Shown one piece after another: positions 39,616 to 47,519 of a stretch of DNA of 49,046 nucleotides. Both the position numbers and the translations under genes were made by a program. The DNA is from an uncultured Bacteroidaceae bacterium (GTDB lineage: Bacteria; Bacillota; Clostridia; Christensenellales; CAG-917). The number at the start of each line of letters is the position of its first letter. Positions within the stretch are counted from its first letter, which is position 1. The stretch lies in assembly GCA_964414205.1 (NCBI GenBank), contig CAYPVP010000002.1, forward strand, positions 1 through 49,046, given 5' to 3'. The notes under the pieces are model-generated. The model saw only the letters and a program-made list of their open reading frames with translations. It made no database searches and had not been told where the DNA came from.

Positions 39616-41484
39616 ATGGAAAACAAAGAAATGATTTTGACAAATGAATCTGTCTGTGATGAAAAACAAAATTGCAAAACCTATTCCAGCAAAGAACGCA
39701 CATGGTATCTTCTTGGCGTTGCTGGACAAAATGTCATCTATAATATAGTTGGTGCTGCGCTTGCCTACTATTTGCAATTCACATTGCTAATTCCTGCTCT
39801 ATCGGTTGGTTTGATTATGTCTTTGGCACGAATTTGGGACGCATTCAACGACCCAATGATGGGCACACTTGTTGACATGACCCGTTCAAAGTTTGGAAAA
39901 TGCCGACCATATTTGATGGCAATTCCAGTGCCAATTTTGGTCATAACAATTTTATGTTTCACAAACTTTGGTTTTTATGGAGAAGGCGTCGTTTCAAATG
40001 GTTTGATTGTTGGTTGGGCAGCCTTTACATATGTTTTGTGGGGAATGATTTACACTGTCGGCGACATTCCAATGTGGGGAGTTTCTTCCTTGATGACAGA
40101 ATCAGAAAAAGACAAAAACAAATTGCTTTCTCTTGCCAGAGTCGCTGCTGGAATTGGAGGAGGAATCACACTTTTGGCAATGCAACCATTGTCACTTGGG
40201 CTTGGTGAACTTTTGACCAACACATCTCTTGCAAACGGAAACCCTGCCGTCGGAGAAAAATATGGTTTTTTGATTTCAGCCGTAATCTTTGGCATCATTG
40301 GAACTTGTGCATTTTTGCCAATGGGATTCAAAATCAAAGAAGTTATAAAGCCAATTGGAGAAAAGAACTCTTTTGGAAAAAACATAAAAATTGCAATGGG
40401 CAACAAGCCATTCAGACAAATTATTTTTTCAGGAATTTTGGGAAGCACAAAAATGATGATTATGCTTGCAGCAATGCCACTCATCACCTACTATTTCTCA
40501 TCAAAAAGCCCTATTTTGGCACTTGTCTACATGGTTTTGCTTGGAGGAGGATTTTTCATTGGACAATTCATTTCAATGATTTTCACTCCAAACCTTTTGA
40601 AATTTGTTAGCACCAAAAAACTCTACAACTTGTCTAACTTGGCAGGAGTTCTTCCATTTTTGTTGATTTTTGTGATTTTCTTGATTTCGCCAAGTGGCCT
40701 CACACACCCTGCTTTCGTTTTCTTGGCATTCCTTTTGTTTGTGATTTGTGGAGGGTCAATGGGCATCACAACCGTTTTGCAATCAACAATGATTGCAAAT
40801 GCCATCGACTATGAAGAATACACAAACCATCGCCGTCCTGATGCCGTATTCTTTGCTGGTCAAACCTTTGTCACAAAACTTCAAACTGGAATTGCAACAA
40901 TCATTTCTGCTCTTGCCTATACCATTGTTGGTTTTTCAGATTTCAGAGTTGCTGAACTCAACGCCTATATTTCAGCAGGAGGCACACCAAGACTTGTTGG
41001 CGAATATGGCTCATTCATGATGATTTTGTTTTTCATTGTTTCAATTCTTCCAGCAATAGGCTCTTTGCTTTCAATCATTCCAACTTGGAAATATTGCCTT
41101 GATGATGATGAGCACAAACGAATTTTGACAGTTTTGCGTGCAAGAAGAAAAGCAAATTTAGCAGGTGAAGAATTCACTCTTGACAATGAAAAGGAACTTT
41201 CACAACAATTTGAAATTGCACTCAAAGAGCAAAAAGAGAAAGAAAAACTTGAAAGAAAATCTAAAAAATGTGCAAACAAAAAACACAAGAACAATTCAAA
41301 TGAAAGCGATGCAGAAGATTTGCACAACAACGAAATTGAAAGTGAAAATGAAAGCGAACAACTCGACAATTCCAGCAACGCCAATCAAGAAAGTTCTTCG
41401 ACCAATGACAAACAAGAATGTTCTTCGACCAAACAAGAAGGCAGTTCTCAAAATATTGAAGAAGAAGACAACACCAAAGAATAA
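39616..41484 (+). CDS. GPH-family (MelB/GusB-like) glycoside-pentoside-hexuronide:cation symporter with a ~140-aa charged C-terminal tail
   Basis: Family motif RIWDAFNDPMMGTLVD and about 12 TM segments. The ATG at 39616 follows AGGTGG. The tail runs from about aa 480 and is K/E-rich, then S/N/E-rich, with a 27-nt duplication (41386..41405 and 41413..41432). Confidence 0.8.
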   Translation: MENKEMILTNESVCDEKQNCKTYSSKERTWYLLGVAGQNVIYNIVGAALAYYLQFTLLIPALSVGLIMSLARIWDAFNDPMMGTLVDMTRSKFGKCRPYLMAIPVPILVITILCFTNFGFYGEGVVSNGLIVGWAAFTYVLWGMIYTVGDIPMWGVSSLMTESEKDKNKLLSLARVAAGIGGGITLLAMQPLSLGLGELLTNTSLANGNPAVGEKYGFLISAVIFGIIGTCAFLPMGFKIKEVIKPIGEKNSFGKNIKIAMGNKPFRQIIFSGILGSTKMMIMLAAMPLITYYFSSKSPILALVYMVLLGGGFFIGQFISMIFTPNLLKFVSTKKLYNLSNLAGVLPFLLIFVIFLISPSGLTHPAFVFLAFLLFVICGGSMGITTVLQSTMIANAIDYEEYTNHRRPDAVFFAGQTFVTKLQTGIATIISALAYTIVGFSDFRVAELNAYISAGGTPRLVGEYGSFMMILFFIVSILPAIGSLLSIIPTWKYCLDDDEHKRILTVLRARRKANLAGEEFTLDNEKELSQQFEIALKEQKEKEKLERKSKKCANKKHKNNSNESDAEDLHNNEIESENESEQLDNSSNANQESSSTNDKQECSSTKQEGSSQNIEEEDNTKE

Positions 41485-41602
41485 CTTTTGTTTTTTGACA
41501 TATGTTTGCAACCAAACAAACTACTGTTTTGGTTGCAAGCATATGCTTCGACTAGATGCCAAATGGCTAGTTCGTTTGATTGGAAACAAACTATTTTAAA
41601 AC

Positions 41603-41630
41603 AAAAAAACAGCAATATGCTGTTTTTTTT
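41603..41630. terminator. Bidirectional intrinsic terminator
   Basis: A7-cagca-ata-tgctg-T8. It sits 120 nt after the transporter stop and about 280 nt after the sipW-like stop. Confidence 0.65.
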
Positions 41631-41699
41631 GTTGTTCTTTCTATTCAATTTTTTATGACTTTTTCAAACAATTCAGCCATGCTTCAAAGTTTAAAACTT

Positions 41700-41930
41700 A
41701 AAGTTTCAATGTCATCATTGTCCCATCTCTCAATGTTCAATCTTTCATTGCCCTATCTTTCAATGTGTCGTCATTTCCCAATCTTTCAATGTTCCATCTC
41801 TCATTGTTCAATCTTTTAAGTTTCATATTTCATTACCATATCTACCAATGCTCAATCTTTTATTGTCAAATGTTTAATCTCTCAATGTTCTATCTATCAT
41901 TGTTCAACATCTCATTGCTCAATGTCATCA
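41700..41930 (-). repeat. Degenerate ~12-nt direct-repeat array repeating the stop-proximal sequence of the sipW-like gene
   Basis: About a dozen copies of the plus-strand motif TCAATGTTCNATCTYTCATTG (minus strand AACATTGARAGAT). The identical 12-mer tcaatgtcatca occurs at 41706..41717 and at 41919..41930, the latter inside the gene's 3' end. Confidence 0.8.
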
Positions 41931-42703
41931 AAATCTTTGTCATTTCTATCAAACAAATCATCATTTTCTAAATCTTTTGTTTTTTCTTCACATTCTTTTT
42001 TGTCAGCACTCTCATCAACATTTTGTTCTGACAAGTTTGACAACAATTTCGTTTTTTCTTCATCAGTCAAGTTCTTCAATTTTTCAGCAAGCATTTTGTT
42101 TTCAAGTTCAATTTTCAAAATTTTTTTGTCATCTTTCCCCTTATCCTTTATATATTGAAGGATAATCAAAATCAAAACAATCAACAACGGCAATGCAATG
42201 ACAACAATATAACCTGTTGGCGTGACCAAAAACTTCATAAACTTTCCAAGAGTTGGCAAGTTTTTCACCATGATTGAAGAAATGTCAGTCGCTTTGATTT
42301 TTGGGTCTTCCGAAAAATTGGCATCACCTTTGGTTGTCACCCAAACGACTCCATCTTTGTCTGTTTCGACATCTACAACACGGTGCGTAAGGTTTCTTCC
42401 ACCAAGGCTAGAACTTGGATAAGTGACAATTTTGCCAATGGTGATTTCATCAATAGAACTCACTTCTTTTGCAAGAATAATTGTGCCAACTTCCAATTCA
42501 GGTTCCATAGATGGTGTCAAAACAGTATAGAAATAGTGTCCAAAAATTTTGGGTTGCTGTTTTGATGATTTTTGAACAATAACCATCACAAAAATTGCAC
42601 AAAGAAAAATTGCAACAATTGCTACAATGACATTTGAAACAATTTTGTAAATTTTCTTTGCTTTTTCAACTTTCAATTTTTTATCGTTTTTGCAATCTGT
42701 CAT
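41912..42703 (-). CDS. SipW-type (S26B, archaeal/ER-like) signal peptidase I with an extended charged C-terminal tail
   Basis: N-terminal TM, catalytic Ser block LTPSMEPEL, His block LTHRVVDV, KGDAN, a C-terminal TM (YIVVIALPLLIVLILIIL), then a ~75-aa K/E/D tail. Confidence 0.85.
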   Translation of the reverse strand: MTDCKNDKKLKVEKAKKIYKIVSNVIVAIVAIFLCAIFVMVIVQKSSKQQPKIFGHYFYTVLTPSMEPELEVGTIILAKEVSSIDEITIGKIVTYPSSSLGGRNLTHRVVDVETDKDGVVWVTTKGDANFSEDPKIKATDISSIMVKNLPTLGKFMKFLVTPTGYIVVIALPLLIVLILIILQYIKDKGKDDKKILKIELENKMLAEKLKNLTDEEKTKLLSNLSEQNVDESADKKECEEKTKDLENDDLFDRNDKDFDDIEQ

Positions 42704-42728
42704 ACTTTATTCCACACAACCAATTTTT

Positions 42729-42838
42729 GCCAACATTTAACAACTTTTTCGCTAACATTTGCTAATATTTGCCTACAAATGTATTTCTGAAATAGTGCCT
42801 AACAATGTGTTGAAACGACAATTTCAAAGCCTACAATT
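42729..42838. repeat. Six copies of a 10-mer GCYWAYAWWT in the spacer upstream of the sipW-like gene
   Basis: gccaacattt at 42729, gctaacattt at 42751, gctaatattt at 42761, gcctacaaat at 42771, gcctaacaat at 42797 and gcctacaatt at 42829. Three copies are exactly tandem (42751-42780). Confidence 0.75.
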
Positions 42839-42859
42839 ATCTGTTCCAAGTTGTCTAAG

Positions 42860-45430
42860 TTATTCCTTGTTTTGCTCATCATTTCTTGTAGTTTTTTCAA
42901 TTTCAATCATTTCATCTTTATTGTTCAAAGATTTTTCATTGTCATTTTCTACATTCTTTTCATTTTCAACAACTTCAACAACAAGATTTTTTTTCTTTGA
43001 CTTTTCATTTCGTTTTCGATTTGAATCAAAAACCACTTTTGTTCCAAAATCAATTTTCATTGCATCATTGATTGAATTTGTAGAAATTGAAATCTTTCCA
43101 ACTGACAATTTTGAAGAATCAACATCTGAAATTTTAATTTTCTTTCCAGTTGCTTTTGAATATTTTTGATTTGCAGTGGTTTTGCTGATTGTCCATGAGT
43201 TTTTGTTTTCATCAACTTTGACAATTCTTGCATCAATGTCGCCTACCAATTTTTTGGCTTCGTCCAAAACAAAAGCGTCTTCCACTAGTTTTTTTGCTTT
43301 TGAAAACAACTTTTCATCTTCTCGTTGTTGTTTCAAAATTTCTCTTTCTTCTTCTTTTCGTTTTTCTCTTTCGATTCTTTCGGCTTCTTTTATCTTCTCT
43401 TTTTCGAGTCGCTCAATTTCTTTTTGCTTTTCTTTTTCGAGTCTTTCAGCCTCTTTGATTTTTTCTCTTTCGATGCGCTCAATTTCTTTTTGCTTTTCTT
43501 TTTCTAGTCTTTCGGCTTCTTTTTGTTGTTTTTCTTCAAGTTGTTTTTCATTCAACTTGTTTTTTTCATCTTGGTCATCATCTGCTTTGTTCTCAACAGA
43601 TTCAGTTTTATTTGCCACACTTTGACCAAAATCAAACTTTTCAATGTTTGGTTTGTTTTCAAGATTCATGTTGCCAATCGAAAGTTTTTTCTTGATTTCT
43701 TCAATGTTTGCCTCTTTTGGTCTGACATCAAGTTCTTCAATTTCATCATCAGAAATTTGAGGCAATTTGATTTTTGCAACATCATCAACAAATGAATTTC
43801 CAAGTGCCACGCCCAAACTTTCAGAAAGCAATTCAGTTGAACGATGTTTGCGAAGTGCCTCGGCCCTCATTGCATTGTCACGTTGTCGTTTTGTTTCCGT
43901 TTCACGAAGTTGGTTGTCTTTTTTGATTTTTTTGTAGGCATTCAAACAACGGTCGATGGCATCTTTGATTTTCATCATTTCTTGTTGTTTGAGTTTGTCT
44001 TCATCAGGTCTTTTATAAACTTTTCTTATGTCAAAAACGAATTTGTCAAATTGAGAATCATCAACTTCTTTTTCATTTTCATCATATTTTGGAAGCATAT
44101 CCTCATGAATTTCTTTTCCAGAACCATGAGAATCAGTTGAATTGTCTGTTGATTTTTGAGAGTCGTCGCCCTCTTTTGAAGTATCTTTGACATCGGTGAT
44201 ATTTTCAGATTGACCTTGCACCTTTTCATCGGTTTTTTGCGATGTTTCGTCAGCATCAACTTGGTCTTGTTTTTTAAGTTCAGGGGCTTTTGTTTTGTCA
44301 TCATCCCCTTTGTCGCTATCAAAATCAAAAGATTCGGCTTTTTCATCAGATTTTTCAACTTCTTTCTCTTTTTCTTCAACAGCCATTGAGTCTTGAAATT
44401 TTTGAGCCCAAGGGTCACGTACAATTTTGTCTGGCAAAAAGTCCAATTCTCCAACTCGCATAATGTCAATAAATTCACTGTCTTTGTCAGCCTTTTTGAC
44501 ATCATCGCTTGTTGATTGGTCATACATGCTTTCAAAAATCATAGAGTTGAGAGCAACCATATTTCTGAGTCTTTCATTGGTGTCATTGTCAATTGGCAGT
44601 TCTTCAACTTCATCTGTGGTCGAAAAGCCACCTGTCACTTGATAGGTTTCAATGAATTGCCACAAAACAAGAGCCTTTTTGAAGTTTGGTTCTTTCAAAA
44701 TGACGTTTGTTCTTGAAATTGGAGGTCTGACAGGTGCGCAATGTCGCATTGCTTTTGCAAAAGATGAAGACAAAAAGTCCGTGACAATTCGGTCAATTTT
44801 TGCAATTCTTTCAACTTTTGTCAGTGTTTCAGGGTCCAACTGCATGACTTCATCAAAAGAAAGTTGTGCCAAATATTCAGTTCGATAACTAATTTTCTTT
44901 TCAGGCAAATTATATCGTGATTCAACTTCCATTTGCAAAACATCTTGTGTGGCAGTCGCTTTTTTGATTTTGTCATATCTCAAAGTGACAAAATCTTTTA
45001 TTTTCAAAAGCAAAGTGTAAATAAATCGGTTTTCATAGATTTCAAAAGATTCTTCTTTTGTGATGTTCAAAATTTTTGATGGAGTAACACTGCCATCTTT
45101 GTCAACCTTTGAAATCATGTTGGTGTGCTGTGCAAGGTGTTTGACTGATTCAGTAGAAATTGAGCGAGCAAGCGAAACATCAACAATGTCTTCTTGTTGA
45201 ACAATGAATTTTCGAGGGTTTCGGACAATGTGGTCGAGGTTTGGCAAAATTTCTTCAATGGTGTCAATCCAATCAATGCTTATGTCTTGAACAAGTCTTT
45301 TTTTGTTCATTTTTATGTTTGAAGCACCAGATTCTATCTTTTTTTTGTATGTTGAAAAGAAGTCCTCATCTTTCAAGACGGAAACAATTTTATTTGCATA
45401 TTCAAGATATTGTTCTCTTGTTGTAGCCAT
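42860..45430 (-). CDS. Large hypothetical protein: N-terminal globular domain (possibly McrC-N/DUF2357-like) plus a long acidic/basic low-complexity and E/K/R-repeat region
   Basis: ATG at 45430 (MATTREQY) with an AAGGGGA RBS; the ORF-track start is a TTG. The N-terminal ~290 aa are ordered and include EESFEIYENRFIYTLLLKIKDFV, which resembles the McrC block ...LANRIIKSTLAIL. The remainder is D/E/K/S-rich. I could not find a PD-(D/E)xK motif by eye. Confidence 0.6.
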   Translation of the reverse strand: MATTREQYLEYANKIVSVLKDEDFFSTYKKKIESGASNIKMNKKRLVQDISIDWIDTIEEILPNLDHIVRNPRKFIVQQEDIVDVSLARSISTESVKHLAQHTNMISKVDKDGSVTPSKILNITKEESFEIYENRFIYTLLLKIKDFVTLRYDKIKKATATQDVLQMEVESRYNLPEKKISYRTEYLAQLSFDEVMQLDPETLTKVERIAKIDRIVTDFLSSSFAKAMRHCAPVRPPISRTNVILKEPNFKKALVLWQFIETYQVTGGFSTTDEVEELPIDNDTNERLRNMVALNSMIFESMYDQSTSDDVKKADKDSEFIDIMRVGELDFLPDKIVRDPWAQKFQDSMAVEEKEKEVEKSDEKAESFDFDSDKGDDDKTKAPELKKQDQVDADETSQKTDEKVQGQSENITDVKDTSKEGDDSQKSTDNSTDSHGSGKEIHEDMLPKYDENEKEVDDSQFDKFVFDIRKVYKRPDEDKLKQQEMMKIKDAIDRCLNAYKKIKKDNQLRETETKRQRDNAMRAEALRKHRSTELLSESLGVALGNSFVDDVAKIKLPQISDDEIEELDVRPKEANIEEIKKKLSIGNMNLENKPNIEKFDFGQSVANKTESVENKADDDQDEKNKLNEKQLEEKQQKEAERLEKEKQKEIERIEREKIKEAERLEKEKQKEIERLEKEKIKEAERIEREKRKEEEREILKQQREDEKLFSKAKKLVEDAFVLDEAKKLVGDIDARIVKVDENKNSWTISKTTANQKYSKATGKKIKISDVDSSKLSVGKISISTNSINDAMKIDFGTKVVFDSNRKRNEKSKKKNLVVEVVENEKNVENDNEKSLNNKDEMIEIEKTTRNDEQNKE
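43340..43540 (-). repeat. In-frame 66-bp (22-aa) tandem repeats encoding KEAERLEKEKQKEIERIEREKI
   Basis: cgctcaatttctttttgcttttcttttt recurs at 43410 and 43476, a period of 66. A third, more diverged copy lies upstream. Confidence 0.8.
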
Positions 45431-45715
45431 AAAATTCCCCTTCACCAACAATCAAATTTTTCACTTCAAATGTTGCATTTCAAATTTGTTTTGACATTTT
45501 TTGCTAAAAGCCTAACAAACAATTTGCATCATTTTTTGCTTTCAACATTGCCTTTGAAATTTGCTTTTTCAATGTTCTTTGTCTCAACTTGTCAATTTTT
45601 ATGACAAACATTGATTAGTTTTCAAGTTGCAACTTGCTTTTGTGCAAAAATTTGGGTGAGTTTAAAACATAATTTCAAAGCACAAAATTTTGCACAGTGC
45701 AAACACAACAACAAA

Positions 45716-47221
45716 TCAAAACAACTTTTTCAAACGGTTCAAATAGTCTTTGCATTCCATCATGTTTTCTTCACCAAACTGTTCAGAAAGATACAAAATG
45801 AAACCGTCAATTTCATCACGAATGTATGCTAAGTTCAAAGATTCAAACTTTCTCAAAATCTTGTTACACAAGACATAGTCGAGTCCATCAATTTCAGTTC
45901 CACCACAAGCAACATAGACAGGGACAAATTCTTTCAACTGTTTGACAATACGGTTTCCAAACGCAAGACGGAAGTGTTCAATGACAAAGTCATCAAGTTT
46001 GTTGATTTTTTCAAGGTTCTCTTTTGAAACTTGATGTTCTTTTTGTGCAGTTTTAAACATCGCTTCAACGTGTTCATAACTGATTGTCAACTCATCTGCT
46101 TCTGGACATTCAAAAGGAACACCTTTACTGTTGATGTTGATTGGAATTGCACGGTCATAAACTTTGTCGGAAATTGCAAAAGTAGAGTCATCGTTGTTTG
46201 CAGTTCCGATAAACCACATATTTTGTGGAAGTTGGAAACGACCTTTGACAATGTGTTTAGGGTCACTTGGCCAACCTGATGGAACAAGGTCAACAATCCA
46301 TTCATCACGAGATGGCATTTCCAAAATAGAAAGCATTTCAGCAAAATAGTATTCAACACGTGCGATGTTCATTTCGTCCAAAACGGTGAGATAGATGTTT
46401 TTGTTCCAAGTTGCCTCATACATTTTTTTCAAAACTTCGGTTTCGTTGAAACGCTTTGTAAATTCGTTGAAATAGCCAAAAAGTTCGGTTCTGTCACGCC
46501 AAGAAGGTTGAACAGAAGCAATTGTTGCAGGGTTTTTCAAAAAGACACCCATAGCGTGAGGCAAAGAAGTTTTACCTGTACCAGAAATACCTTGCAAAAT
46601 CAACAATCTAGTTGTGGACATACCAGCAATAAACAGTCTGATGACTTTGACTTCATAGAACAATCTCATTTTTGAACAAGCAAAATGCCTGAAACGGTCG
46701 CAAAGTTGTTCCAATGTGATTTCATTGTCATATTCAGGGTCAACATAGTTTTCATAAATTTGGTCAATTTCTGACAATTTATAAAAACGAGATTCGCCTG
46801 CATCGGCTTTCTTTTCTCCGTCTTCGCCATCTTCACCATCGAAGTTGCCAGTATCGCTGATTCGCATGCTCAAAATTCTGTCTTTTTCAGCCGTAATTCT
46901 GACAATTTGTTTTTTCAAATTTGCACATTCTTCAACAAGGTCTTGTGGCAAAACCTTTTTTGTGCTTATTCTGACAAGTTTTCTGATTCCAAAAACCAAA
47001 AGCCAAATGACAGCGATCAAAACTGATGCCATCAAAATGATAAAAATTGATGCCACAGCCCATTCGCCTGCACCAAAATTCGTTGTTAAATTTGAAAGTG
47101 CCAATTGATATTCTTTAAAATTGAATATTCCTGCAATTCCCAAAAAAATTCTTCCAAGTCCTTGTTCCCAAAATGCACCCAAAAATGCGCGCAAGAACTC
47201 AAAAACTGCGTCTATGTTCAT
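45716..47221 (-). CDS. Membrane-anchored McrB-family (AAA_5) NTPase
   Basis: ATG at 47221 (MNIDAVFEFL) with a GGGAGA RBS. Hydrophobic N-terminus (GRIFLGIAGIFNF; WAVASIFIILMASVLIAVIWLLVFGI). Walker A LILQGISGTGKTS, VQPSWRDRTELFGYF, Walker B plus the McrB signature YLTVLDEMNIARVEYYFAEMLSILE, and FQLPQNMWFIGTANNDDS...DRAIPINI. Confidence 0.75.
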   Translation of the reverse strand: MNIDAVFEFLRAFLGAFWEQGLGRIFLGIAGIFNFKEYQLALSNLTTNFGAGEWAVASIFIILMASVLIAVIWLLVFGIRKLVRISTKKVLPQDLVEECANLKKQIVRITAEKDRILSMRISDTGNFDGEDGEDGEKKADAGESRFYKLSEIDQIYENYVDPEYDNEITLEQLCDRFRHFACSKMRLFYEVKVIRLFIAGMSTTRLLILQGISGTGKTSLPHAMGVFLKNPATIASVQPSWRDRTELFGYFNEFTKRFNETEVLKKMYEATWNKNIYLTVLDEMNIARVEYYFAEMLSILEMPSRDEWIVDLVPSGWPSDPKHIVKGRFQLPQNMWFIGTANNDDSTFAISDKVYDRAIPININSKGVPFECPEADELTISYEHVEAMFKTAQKEHQVSKENLEKINKLDDFVIEHFRLAFGNRIVKQLKEFVPVYVACGGTEIDGLDYVLCNKILRKFESLNLAYIRDEIDGFILYLSEQFGEENMMECKDYLNRLKKLF

Positions 47222-47389
47222 TATGTCTCCCTTTTGCACATTTGTGCCACGCCCCAAAACTCATGCTTTTTGCCATGTTCACGACCACTTGTCGCTTGGT
47301 TTCAAAAACGCTTTGATTTGTTTTGAATTCATGCTTATTGCCATTTCTAAACAACCATAAGTTGTTCTTCATTCAAAAAAATTCAAGGG

Positions 47390-47413
47390 GGCTTGCGAAA
47401 TGAGTTGCAAGCC
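47390..47413 (-). other. GC-rich hairpin (possible terminator or attenuator between sipW-like 2 and the McrB-like gene)
   Basis: ggcttgc (47390-47396) pairs with gcaagcc (47407-47413). On the minus strand it is followed by cccttgaattttttt. Confidence 0.4.
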
Positions 47414-47433
47414 GTTAAATTTTCAGTTTTATC

Positions 47434-47459
47434 TTTGAAAGTTCAAATGAACTTTCAAA
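47434..47459. promoter_or_regulatory. Perfect 12-bp inverted repeat (operator-like palindrome)
   Basis: tttgaaagttca-aa-tgaactttcaaa, about 215 nt upstream of the McrB-like start codon. Confidence 0.45.
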
Positions 47460-47519
47460 ATTTGTCTTTTTGTTTTGCATGCAAAGTTTTTGTCATGCAA
47501 CATTTCTTTATTTTTGATT

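Noticed and set aside
41500-41538. 11-bp-stem hairpin ttgcaaccaaa/tttggttgcaa after the transporter stop as its terminator
   Set aside because: No T-tract follows it, whereas the A7/T8-flanked hairpin at 41603..41630 is a better terminator. It may still be a stabilising 3' structure, but I cannot support a specific call.
41700-41930. Possible CRISPR array (also considered for 47520..47720 and 48845..49046)
   Set aside because: The units are only 5-22 nt, degenerate and contiguous, without unique spacers of 25-40 nt. There are no cas genes in the window.
43176-43625. 149-aa plus-strand ORF (S/F/L-rich) and several other 60-100-aa ORFs antisense to the 856-aa gene
   Set aside because: They are mirror images of the E/K/R repeat region: GAA/AAA-rich sense gives TTC/TTT-rich antisense. 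This is a low-complexity artefact.
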